A stretch of 64,000 bases of DNA from Batkoa obscura (Eukaryota). The notes under the pieces are model-generated. The model was given only the letters and a program-made list of their open reading frames with translations. It had not been told where the DNA came from and did no database searches. The stretch is taken from NCBI GenBank assembly GCA_030770535.1, contig JASVEC010000027.1, forward strand, positions 248,001 to 312,000. The letters are read 5' to 3'. Below are positions 26,711 to 37,759 of this stretch, piece after piece. The translations under genes were made by a program, and so were the position numbers. Numbering within the stretch: the stretch's first letter is position 1; each line of letters opens with the position of its first letter.

Positions 26711-27639
26711 CTTTAATAAATTGGAAAGAAATTTAAAGAAACCTATTTTTTACAAAAATCAGTTTGTCTTTTTTATAATTAATGACAAAAGATCAATTTT
26801 TATGCTTTTTTTAGCCAATCATTACAGCTTTATCCCTTGCTGAATTTTGTTTTCTTGCTTTGTTACCAATTCTAGAAAGTGTTTTTTCTAGTGCTTTGAG
26901 TTGTTAATTAAAATAGGTAAATATAATAGGTAAAACTAACGTTCATTTAATAAACTATACTAATCTTTAACTCTAACGTATTTTCTACTAATAGATTATT
27001 TATTGAAGATAGTTTTAAATATTAATTTAATAATATGATGAATGCTATTTTTTTTATTTTTCAGGGCGTAATAAAACATACTCATTAAACAAAATTTTTA
27101 AAAGTACTGATATTGTATTTTTATAGCTTAGCTTTATAAATAATAGTTTAACCCAGCTTCGTCTTTATTCTTGCCATTTAAACAGACCATTCTCTTCATT
27201 CAATCGAAAGCCGTCTAGAGAGTAGAAATGAAACGATCACTATTTCGTTTATCTACCTTTGAAAAGATATGAAAAGGCTGTGCTATATTTCTACTCCCTA
27301 GATAACTTTTGCTGAATAACATAATACTTAAAGTTTACTGACTTCAGTATTTATACTTTTATCTCAACTAATACTTGAGGCGTTATTCCTTACGAGAGAA
27401 AAAAACTTTATTAGTAGAGTTAAGATTAAAGCTATCATTATAAGATTTGCTAAAATAAAATATTATCTATTAATTTTCCATTTAGCTTTCCTTATAATAT
27501 TTGATATCACTATTACTTATAGGTTAGCTTCTATCAATTCAAATAATGACAACATAATAGTTATAGATCCATTTATATTAAAGATTATATATTAATTAAA
27601 AAGATGTATAGTATAAAAGATGATAATAAATTGTCTTTA

Positions 27640-28112
27640 GAATATAAAAATTGGCGGGTGATAATACCATTCGAGAAATTATTAGTAATGGTGGAACTAG
27701 CAAAAAAATTACAAGTTTGCTTTAAACGGCTTCATATTGGTATGTAACAAGTTATAATTAAATGACTTTGGATTATTATATAATGTTTTATATTTAACTA
27801 AAGCCTCTGGTAACTCTAAACTTCCTAAGTTAGAAGATCTATTTGATGAATGACAAGCTGTGCCTAATTGGGAAAATAAGATTTCAATTACAAGTGAACC
27901 AGAGATTTATAAAAGTAGATAGATATTCAACTTTTACATCAAAAATGGTGCACCAACTTGGTTTTCTTATGAGTTGCTTACTTTAAATACGTTTAATAAT
28001 AAAATATTGATTATTAGCACTGTTTTTGATAGTACTTGAATCTTTGATAAAATCAAGTCTTTAGATAAGATTCCAATTAGTTTTAGTAGTATTACTATGA
28101 ACCACATTTAGC
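27640..28112 (+). pseudogene. Decayed coding remnant of unknown family
   Basis: Protein-like frame ASGNSKLPKLEDLFDE*QAVPNWENKISITSEPEIYKSR*IFNFYIKNGAPTWFSYELL... with sporadic stops and a GTATGT donor near 27740. Confidence 0.4.
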
Positions 28113-28304
28113 TGATATCATTTATATACCTACATTTTTATATTTTAGTCAATAAATTATTGTTTTATATAAAAAAAACTGTTTAATATCTCTATTAATT
28201 TAATTTATAAAAGCAGATTATAATATAAATGATTATTAGCAGGAAATATAAAAAAATAAATATAAATATAAGCATAAATATAAAGATTATTTCAACTATA
28301 TAAG

Positions 28305-28530
28305 TTTTGAGTATTATTGATTTTCTCATAAAAGCCTTCTTTTCATTCTTATTATAGTTTAAAATTTAAAATAATAAAGGAATAGTGAAATTAGAACTAA
28401 AATTAATAATAACATAATTTATTTTATCTAATACAAGTTTGAAATATTATTGATTTTTTCATACAAACCTTTTTTACTTTTATTTTTGGTTTAAATATGT
28501 AAAATAATAATGGAATGATAAGATGAAAAT
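28305..28530. repeat. Degenerate tandem duplication, period ~133 bp
   Basis: tattattgattttctcataaaagcc...aaaataataaaggaat recurs as tattattgattttttcatacaaacc...aaaataataatggaat. Confidence 0.6.
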
Positions 28531-28608
28531 GAATTTTTTTAAAATAATCAATTATCTTAAAGTTGTCATTTTTAAAAATAGATTAAAAAAAATCTTAAAA
28601 ATAAGCTA

Positions 28609-28707
28609 ATAGGGATATTTTTTTATGCTTAAGAATTTTACTAACAGTTTCGCTTAAATAGTGCTTAAAAGATGGAAAAAGTAATGAAGTAAAAAAAACA
28701 TCCCTTA
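28609..28707 (+). mobile_element. MITE family A copy
   Basis: agggatattttttt...ttttactaacagtttcgcttaaatagtgcttaaaagatggaaaaag...aaaacatccctta. Confidence 0.8.
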
Positions 28708-29389
28708 ATGTTAACGCGAGTTATAAAGTTACAAACTACCAGATTGCTTTTTTTTAAATATTTTTTAGAATTTGAATTAAACTAATTAAATATCTTTTTT
28801 TATACATTTGCTAATTTTATTAAAACTAGCTATTTTTATATTATGAAGTATTGCTTTACCAGCTTTATAATTAATTATAACATAATAAATCACTTAAATC
28901 GTTTATAAAACTAGTTGCAGTTTTGTAGCTAATTTAACTATGATTCATGTAATAAATTTAATTAGCTTTAGCTGATTTTGCCACTGAAGGTTATTATGTT
29001 CTTAAACTCAGGTATAATCAATTTAGAGCTTTATTTAGATTTTCTATAAAAACTTTTGCTACCTAATTGCAAAGAATATTATTTTTATATTTTGATGTCC
29101 ATATTTAGCAACTATAATAAAGGATAACTATCATCATGTTCCTTATATATAGCCACCTAGCTGGAGTATAATTTTTTTTAAATAATAACTTTGTGAAATA
29201 TCGGTTCATTAGCTCTAGGATTGATTATAATATGATAATCAATTCAGAGTTCCTTATATAGATTTGCTGTAAGAATTGCCACCACCTGATCACGAAGGAC
29301 TTATTGCCCATGTTTTAGTGTCCATACTTGGCAACTATAATAAGCTATAACTGTTATAATATCCCTTATATATAGCCACCCGGTTGGAG

Positions 29390-29396
29390 TATAAAA
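29390..29396 (+). promoter_or_regulatory. TATA box within the LTR-like repeat, ~55 nt upstream of the 312-aa ORF
   Basis: TATAAAA; conserved in the reverse copy (ttttata at ~32247). Confidence 0.5.
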
Positions 29397-29450
29397 GGGA
29401 TTCTTCAACATACAAACCAAGCCCTTTCCCTTGATATATATTTTTCAACA

Positions 29451-30389
29451 ATGAAACTTAATTTGATGATAATAATAGCTTGTGTGACGATCTCTCACAT
29501 TGAAGCTGGACAATATTTAGACACGAATGGTAAGCTTACTGACTCAACAGGACATGAGACAGGGCAGCTAACTTATCAGTGTGACGAGGATTGTCCTGTC
29601 ATGAGTGAGGTTTCACACAATTTAGAGGTCAGCAACGCAACTAGTATAATTATGAATGACGGAATTATCGCACCTGTGCAATCGTATTGCACGGTATCGA
29701 ACAACGGCGCGCTCATATACAGTTTAGGATGCAAAGAGCACGTGGGCACTAAGTGGCCGTTAACAACTCAAACTCCATCACACATGATAGTAGTTAAAAT
29801 GTGTTCCAATAGGTGGTATTACGCTATTACTTATTGGAAAAGGGGTTTGGGCGGTAGTCACCTACATCAGGACACTGAGTGGAACCAGAGTGGCAGTGGA
29901 CGAGCGGGACGATTCGTTATCGTAGCTCAGTCAGCTAAAGGTGTACCGCAACAAGCTCGAGTCAATACTCCAATATCCGTAGTGACCACATGGTGGAATA
30001 GCTGCAGTGAGGGAGTTGCATGGCCGTTCTATAACAGTGTCCAGGGCAATGTTATTACAGATTTGATAGATGGTATACTTAGCTTTTTGCAAAGCAGAAA
30101 TAAGAGGAGAGACCCTAATTGTCAAATAGGGACTGCTGAAAACGGTCGCGGCCTGAAATGCGTGTCGGCAAATTGTAAGGGTACTACTTCACAACCAATA
30201 AAGTTAGTGCCAGAAGATAGAAGACTAAATCACGCAGGTATGGCCATACCTCTGTATAAACTTAAAACAGCAGCAGGAGATAAACAGCTAGTAGCTCAAT
30301 GTAACGGTGATGACTTATATTGGAGCAGTAACTTAGACGATATGACGTATGTAGCATTTCAAGCGGACAGATGGCGCTCTTATGAGTGA
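29451..30389 (+). CDS. Secreted Cys-rich preproprotein of probable foreign origin (killer-preprotoxin-like architecture)
   Basis: Intronless 312 aa; signal peptide MKLNLMIIIACVTISHIEA; 11 Cys; dibasic sites KR130-131 and RNKRR216-220; N-glycosylation sequons N62 and N145; visibly GC/CpG-richer than host genes. The ORF is secure; the function is inferred. Confidence 0.75.
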   Translation: MKLNLMIIIACVTISHIEAGQYLDTNGKLTDSTGHETGQLTYQCDEDCPVMSEVSHNLEVSNATSIIMNDGIIAPVQSYCTVSNNGALIYSLGCKEHVGTKWPLTTQTPSHMIVVKMCSNRWYYAITYWKRGLGGSHLHQDTEWNQSGSGRAGRFVIVAQSAKGVPQQARVNTPISVVTTWWNSCSEGVAWPFYNSVQGNVITDLIDGILSFLQSRNKRRDPNCQIGTAENGRGLKCVSANCKGTTSQPIKLVPEDRRLNHAGMAIPLYKLKTAAGDKQLVAQCNGDDLYWSSNLDDMTYVAFQADRWRSYE

Positions 30390-30456
30390 CCAAGAACAAA
30401 CGAAATCACACGTCACCGAAACTTGAAGTAAACAAGTGTTTACCCATAGTGTACGG

Positions 30457-30665
30457 AAAAAAATAAATAAATAAATAAATAAAAAAAATAAATAAATAAA
30501 AAAAATAAATAAATAAAAAAAATAAATAAATAAATAAAATAAATAAATAAATAAAATAAATAAATAAAATAAATAAATAAAAAAAAAATAAAAAAAATAA
30601 AAAAAAAAAAATAAAAAAATAAAAAAAAAAAAAAAAAAATAAAAAAATAAAAAAAAAAAATAAAA
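30457..30665 (+). repeat. ~210-nt A-rich tract ((AAAT)n grading into poly-A), followed by (TA)n
   Basis: Directly visible; begins 67 nt after the stop codon of the 312-aa ORF. Confidence 0.95.
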
Positions 30666-31860
30666 GTATATATATATATATATAATAGTATAAAATAAAG
30701 ATATATATAATTAAACAAGTGAATTTTAATTGGATTACTCTCTGATAACGTATCATTAATAAAGTCACTAAGTCTTTCTGACAACATCTTATATAGATTT
30801 TACAGTAGTATCTTCTATTCTATTTGTTTTACATAATTCGTAGCTTATTACATACTATCTCTATTAAGTTAAGTCTATCTTAGTTACATAAACTAAGCCC
30901 CTTCGACTCAAGGCAAGTTAATTAAGCAAGAGTAGCTTTTAACTCCGACCACTGAGTATCAACTTTCACAATTTGGGGCTTTTTAAATTATTCCTTGATA
31001 TTATATTTTTTAATAAAGCCATTAAGTATTACTTATGGTATTCTATTTAGGTTTTACAATAATATCTTTTATTTTATTTGTATTATAAGGTTTATAGTTT
31101 ATTATAAATAATTTCTATTAATTTAAGTCTATCTTGATTACATAAACTAAACTTTTTTAAATTTAGCTAGTTAATTAAACAAAAACTGCTTTTAACTCTA
31201 ACTACTGAGTACTAACTTTTATAGTATTTAATAATAATAATTCTAATACTTAAACTGATAACTTATTAGTATTCTTTGTTAAAATTTTATATTAAGGTTA
31301 TTAGTTAATTAATAAATCGAACTAAATTTTAGCTTAGTAATATTATATAATTTATCTAGCTGATTAGTTTTATTACATTTTTTTTATAATTATTATAAAA
31401 AATAACTTTAATCTTTTATCAGTTTTATAAAATACAACTTTATTAAATTTTATTTTTAACTTTTCAAGCTTATTTTTAACAATAAAATATAAACTAATTA
31501 AAACTAAAAGCTTTATATTATTTATTTATTTAAAATTATTAAAATATAAAATATAATAATAATTAATCTCATTTTTAACTTTTAATTTAATATTTAAGTT
31601 AAAATTAATATTAAAAACAACTTCAATGAAATCATGTTTATTTAAATCTAATACTAATACTTTTAATTTATTTAAGTTTTAATACTTGATTAAATATTTA
31701 ATTGTTATTTTATTAACATTAAATTTAAATATCTTAAATTGACTTAAATATCTTAAATTGACTTAAATAATTACTAAATTTTTTCAATAACTAAGATTTA
31801 ATTTAATTTTAATTCTTAATTCTTTAACTTAAAATTTAATGTTATTATTAATTTTAAGCA

Positions 31861-31964
31861 TATAGGGATGTATCTTTTATTTAAAAATTTTACTAACAAT
31901 TATTCCACTCAAATAGCGCTTAAAAAATGGAAAAAGTGATGAAACCAAAAAAACACCCCCAAAT
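31861..31964 (+). mobile_element. MITE family A copy abutting the solo LTR
   Basis: tatagggatgtatc...ttttactaacaattattccactcaaatagcgcttaaaaaatggaaaaagtgatgaaacc...acaccccca. Confidence 0.85.
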
Positions 31965-31969
31965 AATTT

Positions 31970-32452
31970 TGTGAAAGTTGGTACTCAGTGGTAGGAGTTA
32001 AGAGCAGTTCTTGGTTGATTAAGTTGCCTTGAGTCGAACGGTCTTAGTTTATATAACTAAGGTAGACTTAAATGAATAAGAATAGTACGTAATAAGTTAC
32101 GAACTATATAAAACAAATAGAATAGATAATACTATTGTAAAATATACGTAAGACGTTGTCAGAAAGACTTAGTGGCTTTATTAATGGTACGATATCAGGG
32201 AGTAATTCAGTTAAAAAGCCTCTAGTTAGTATGTTGAAGAATTTCTTTTATACTCCAACTGGGTGGCTATATATATAAGGGACATTATAGCAGTTATTCC
32301 TTATTGTAATTGCCAAGTATGGACATTAAAACGTGGGCAATAAGTTCTTCGTGATCAGGTGGTGGTAATTCTCACAGCAAATCTATATAAGGAACTCTGA
32401 ATTGATTATTATATTATAATCAATCCTAGAGCTAATGAAGCGATGTTTTACA
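31970..32452 (-). mobile_element. Uninterrupted solo-LTR-like element (~483 bp)
   Basis: Reverse complement begins TGTAAAAC and ends TTTCACA; collinear with both halves of 29192-30970; no internal retrotransposon coding sequence seen nearby. Confidence 0.8.
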
Positions 32453-33403
32453 CATTCAATGATATCTTCTAATATAGGTGCAAATAGAAACACTTTTATT
32501 ATTGAACATAACTTTGTATTATCTGAAGTAATGGCTAATTAATACATTGATGCTGCTGGTTGGCTCATATTATATTTTGCTGGGACTTTGGCTTTTATAT
32601 GGATTATTTTGATCTAGATATTTTAAATAGAACTACTTACTTATTAAATAATAAAGATAATTCAAAACAATAACTGCTATAATATAATATTGTAATCATT
32701 TTGTTTTAATAACACAGTTTGTTTAACTATTTTTCAAAACTATAATAAAATTACAGTATATTTACTAGATTTAATTTATGCTTTAAACCTTGATTTCTTA
32801 TAATAAATACCATTAATTAAAAATTATTATTAGAATATTTTCTAAAAACATTTAAACAAATTCTTCACTTAGTGTAGCTATAAGTTTAAGATCAAATATA
32901 ACACCTGAAAAGCTATCTACATACAAACCTCATAAAGAAAAGAAATTAGAAAAGATCCAGTTTACTGCAATTTGGCATCAGGGATTAAAGAATTTAGCCG
33001 TTAATCACAGTTCAGTTGAATATAAGGATATATATGCAGTTCATTAATAAGTATAAAGATATGAGTATATACTTAGGTTAGCTTCCTCTTGGAATAAGTG
33101 AATGGTCTACTCTATCTTTCCTTCCTTTCTTTTAATAACTTTCATTTTTTGAGACAGTTTGCTTTCCTCACCAGCATTATACTTTTGAAATTTGACTAAA
33201 ATGACTGTTTATCTTTATCTTGAACCCAGTTTACTTATAATAAATCACAGTAATATTGTTTTGGGATCAATGTTTGTCTAAGAATAGAAATGAGTAAATT
33301 AGTTATACTAATTAAATGCTATCTCTTTGTTTTTGCTCATTGAATTAAATTCTTAGCTATAAAAAAGTAAATATCGAAGGTAAGGAAAGTGATATACATT
33401 ATA

Positions 33404-33505
33404 TATGGGGATGTGTTTTTTTGTTTGAAAATTTTACTACCAATTTTTCCGCGCAAATAGCGCTTAAAAAATTGAAAAAGTGATGAAACCAAAACATCCC
33501 CATGT
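33404..33505 (+). mobile_element. MITE family A copy (well preserved)
   Basis: TIRs ATGGGGATGT / ACATCCCCAT in TA-rich flanks. Confidence 0.9.
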
Positions 33506-33763
33506 ATATATTTAAAGCAGTTCGCATTAAAACCTGACTTGAGCTATCAAGTAATATAGTACATGTTTGAAAATATTCTGAGATTTTTAATTCAGTATAA
33601 CAATTGAGTTATCATAAACTAATTGAATAATGAAAATAGCATAGATAGCTGTAAAGAACATATATTTATTTTATTAGTATTAAATAAAATTAAAAACCAA
33701 AAGTATCAAATGATTTTATTTTTAGCCTAATCCTTATAAGATCCCAAACAAAATCAGAAACTA

Positions 33764-35419
33764 TTAAAATATAGATATAAACGGAATCATTGTAAATGCA
33801 ACGAATATTACCTTCATCTGCATTACATATAAAAAGACATAAAGGACTGAGAGAATAATAAATAAAGTGTTAAAGTTCATACCACCATCACTTTTAACTC
33901 CATTAGAACTACCTTTCTTATTTACATCGGTACGCTTAAAACTCTTTCTATGATCATTTTTGTTATCATTAAAATGAATATTATTAACACTCTCATTTCT
34001 AAGTTTGGTATTATTAGTAATAAAATTTAGCTTGGTATCCATGCTATAGTTACCTAGTGTATTTCTGAAAGCTTTAAACTTATCTTTATATCCCAAAACT
34101 GGTGCATAATTAAATGATGAACTTTGTTCATTTTCAAGATTAATATTAACAGGGGGTATAATCCAATTTACCGCCCATAGTATAGCTATATACTAAATTT
34201 ATGTAAGTTTCAAGCCCATCAATATACCCTAAAGTTGGTATATGAGTAGATACTAATATTTTTTTATTCCTTCCAAATTTATACTATTTTCTCGCATCTT
34301 GCTTAGAAAAATGATTATTTACTTCATTATAATCCAAAGTTAAATTGGAGTTCGCTTGATTTTGTTGATATTGGCCCTGACTGTTTTTACTCTTTTCTTT
34401 CCTTCTTTAGCTTTAGTTTTAGTTTTAGTTTTTTTACTACTTTTATATTTTTAATTCCTGTTTACTTTATTATTTTTTTATCTCAAATGATTGAAAATTG
34501 TAATCAAATTCATTGACACTATCGATGTAGTTATCAATATCGTTCTTAAAAGTGCCAGAATCATAACCATTATTATAGCTAACAGTGCCCTTAGCATAAT
34601 TATTAGAGTCAGTATCACATTCGTAGTGGGTATTTGTATGAAAAACTCTGTGACTATAATAATCGGAGGCCGTGCCATATCCGCTTAATTCATCCGTAAA
34701 ATCGTCTGCTTGCTTTGAAGTTAAAATATCCTATTTTGATTTTAAAACAGGGCTACGTATATATAATTTACTTTTTTTATCATATACAAAAAGACAGATT
34801 AAATCATTGTCTTCTATTTCATTGTTAGAGTTCATTTTTTGCTTAACATTACCTGACATTAAAGACTTGCCATATTTTTCCTTATTTTGATTAAACTTCT
34901 TTTTGGGTTTAGTAGCGGTATCATTATTTTAATCCTTATTATAATTTCAATATCTATTGCTATCCTTGTTATAGCTGTTACTATCAGCTCTATGATCTTG
35001 CTGAGCAGTATTTGGACAAGCTGAGTTTTCTACTACTTTATTGGAATTCAATAAACTATTTTCTTTCTTAGATTGTATACCTATACGATTTTGACATATT
35101 TAAAGCTAAGCTAATAACATAATAAAAACAGATGGATTGCTATATTTACTACTCTTATTTTTTTGTTACATTTGATCTTTCTATTATCCTTGGTCACGTT
35201 TGAACTTTTGTCTTCTTTAACTTCAACCTTTTGTTTTGGATTATTTTCCTCCTCATCTACTTCAAACAAAGTAAAATTATATTGTCATAATGGTTATCAG
35301 CCCACTGCTTGGTCAATTCATTTTTATTTCGATGACTTACTGATGATGCTCCATATATTATTAATAAGCTTAATAAATGGAAATTTATTATAGTAGGCTC
35401 TTATAATTTTTTTTTCCAT
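33764..35419 (-). pseudogene. Disrupted multi-exon gene, low-complexity Lys/Asn-rich with a C-terminal hydrophobic segment
   Basis: ATG at 35419, GT-AG intron near 35338-35305, then frame G**PL*QYNFTLFEVDEEENNPKQKVEV...; further in-frame stops near 34930-34950; terminal ORF 33764..34096. Confidence 0.55.
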
Positions 35420-36054
35420 TCATTAATCAACCACTTAAACTTATTCCTTTGTTAGGATAGGGTTTTTTTTAGCTCCTTTGGAACCCGGTAAAGCCTCTTT
35501 AATCGTTTTTTAATGCTTAATCAGTTTCAGTACAAGAAAATTCTTTTTTAAATGCAATATTATTTTACAAAAGGCATTTAAACTAAATATGATAATTGAA
35601 TAATCATAATTTACATAATATTAATATCTGAGTCTTAAAATCCGATCACACAAATTAAAGTGATAAGTTTATTTATTATTCTTCAATAATTGATTATAAC
35701 TTCAAATTACTTATGGTTAATTTTAAATTTCATTAAACAACTTCATATAATCAAAGACTAATAATAAAATAATATATCTAAGCATAAAAGTTATATTTAT
35801 TTAGCACACATTTAAAATAAAACAAGAATATAAAACACTAAAATCTCTCAGTCAAATCAAATTTTTATAAGAATTGTAAGCAAAGACAAAAAAGAGATCA
35901 TTAAAATAGGAGCAAAGGAGTGTCAATATGAATAGAACCAAGATTTGTATTCATATGCATTAAAAATAATATAATACATTGCATTATGTATAAGAGTTAG
36001 CAAATGATTAATAAATTAATCAGTAAATAATAATAATAATAATAGAACAGGTAC

Positions 36055-37759
36055 TTATTCAATATCTGGTAAACTTTCATGTCTAGCATGTTCCTCTATT
36101 TCTATATTATTATAGCCATTGCATTGATGATCATTATTTGAGTATGAGTTTGATGATCCGAAATTTTGATTTGGTCGAGAGATAGGTGGTGGTAATAAAG
36201 AAAATTGTGGCATAGGTGCATTTTCTGGGAAATAACTGGTATGGTTAGGTGATCTCCCAACCGCTCTAAGCCATCCTTCTGCTCTTTCGACAGATTCCTT
36301 GAATATACCACCAACATTATGTAGCATGTTCATGGATTCAGTTGCTAAAGTAAGGACTCGGTTTGTTTGCTCGGTAGGGGTGAGAAGCGATGGTGAATTT
36401 TGACAAGACGAGTTTGGTGTAAGAAGTGGGGACGAGCATGGGGTGGAAATATCACTTTCTAAATACGGCATATTAAGCGATGCCCATCTTCCAGGTAAAT
36501 TAAGAATAAAATTGCGTACACTATTTCGTGCATCTCCAGGTAAACAAGAGCCAGCATAACGGCCAACTACATCAATGACTTTACGTAGAGTTGCTACTAC
36601 TTCTTTCTTGATGTTTGATAAAAACGCCGCAGTTGATGCTCGAGTAGATAATGCAGTTGAATTAGAAGGGGTAGCAAGCGAAACAAGATAGTTTCTTAAA
36701 AGTTGAATTTGCTGTTCAATATGTGCAGATGCATACTAAAAAAATTAGATGAATTAAAATTATGGATAAAGTATTCTTACAGCAAGCCATTGTTGGCAGT
36801 ACCTAAGGCATTTCATACTTTCTTCTGAAACCAATGCAACACCAGCACTAGCTGTAACACCAGCTTCTAAAACAACTTGTTGCCAACGGCTACGAGGTGC
36901 TGGTTTAGCGACTTCGCTGGTTTGAGGCGTATATGAAGGTTGGCCTAAATTCGCAAAATTAGATCGAGTTTTTAAATTTTTAATAAAATTACAAGCTGGT
37001 CCTCCTCCACTGAGTTCCATCACTCTACGATTGCGTAGCTCACTTCCATCTTCAAACTTAGGGTAAGGTTGATGTACAGATGAATGGACAGGATAATGAC
37101 CATCTTGCTGGTTATGTTCGTTTAACTGTGGTTGAGTTGAACTATCCATAAATGAGGAATAATGTCTTTCCAACTAAAAACGTTAAAAAAATGCTTTACT
37201 AAATGCAATATGGTTTACTTTATCAAGTTGACGACAAGCAAAGTCATCCAATTGACCAAGTTGTGGCTCAAGCTTATTTATAACAGGCATACAAATAGAT
37301 TTTACTGAGCTTTCTACCGTTTCTGCACCATACTAAAAACGCAGTTTTAATATTTATTCTTTGATTTATCGTGTTCTATGTTTATAAATTAAGTTTAATA
37401 TGAATTGAATTTACTTTGACAACAAATGAATTGGCTTTAGTGCTTTCATAAGCCCTTAGCGCTGAGTTTACTAACGGTAAATTCGACACACGATTTAAAA
37501 AATGATCGTTTTGGTGTATTTCATTGCTCGAGTCTAAGATAAAAGAGTCAATATGTATTTTTATGAATTTGATTGAGTATATCATATTAATAGTGCAAAC
37601 ATTAACAAACTAGAATAGTAACTTCGATCACTTACGACTATTATTTAAATCATTGGAATTCCTTAAACTATCCAAAGCTTCAGCAGCGATCTCCTCATCG
37701 CGTTGATTGCTTGGCTCCGGTTTTGGATTGCATAAGTTGTTGATTGAAATTCTTTGCAT
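36055..37759 (-). CDS. OPI1: Opi1-family transcriptional regulator, ~5 exons
   Basis: MQRISINNLC...IAAEALDSL; FLNRVSNLPLVNSALRAYESTK..S.VVK|YGAETVES; DDFACRQLDK|LE; SEESMKCLRYC..WL|YASAHI; KKEVVATLRKVIDVVGRYAGSCLP..ARN.VR.FILNLPGRW. Confidence 0.9.

Larger units (their letters stand above)
29192..30970 (+). mobile_element. Solo-LTR-like element (TGTGAAA...TTTCACA) interrupted by a ~1.3 kb ORF + A-tract cassette
   Basis: 29192-29413 plus ~30720-30970 together reconstruct the uninterrupted ~483-bp copy at 31970-32452 (reverse strand); TG...CA ends with a 7-bp IR; TATAAAA at 29390. Confidence 0.8.
29014..31223 (+). mobile_element. Old, AT-eroded solo-LTR copy split into two halves (~29014-29191 and 30971-31223) by a younger copy
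   Basis: Left half aligns to 29235-29400 and right half to 30725-30970 with mostly C>T/G>A changes; junction actt|...|attt resembles a 4-bp TSD. Confidence 0.7.

Noticed and set aside
30406..30787. Two Phe/Ile/Tyr-rich minus-strand ORFs (120 and 115 aa)
   Set aside because: Artefacts of translating the reverse complement of the A-rich tract
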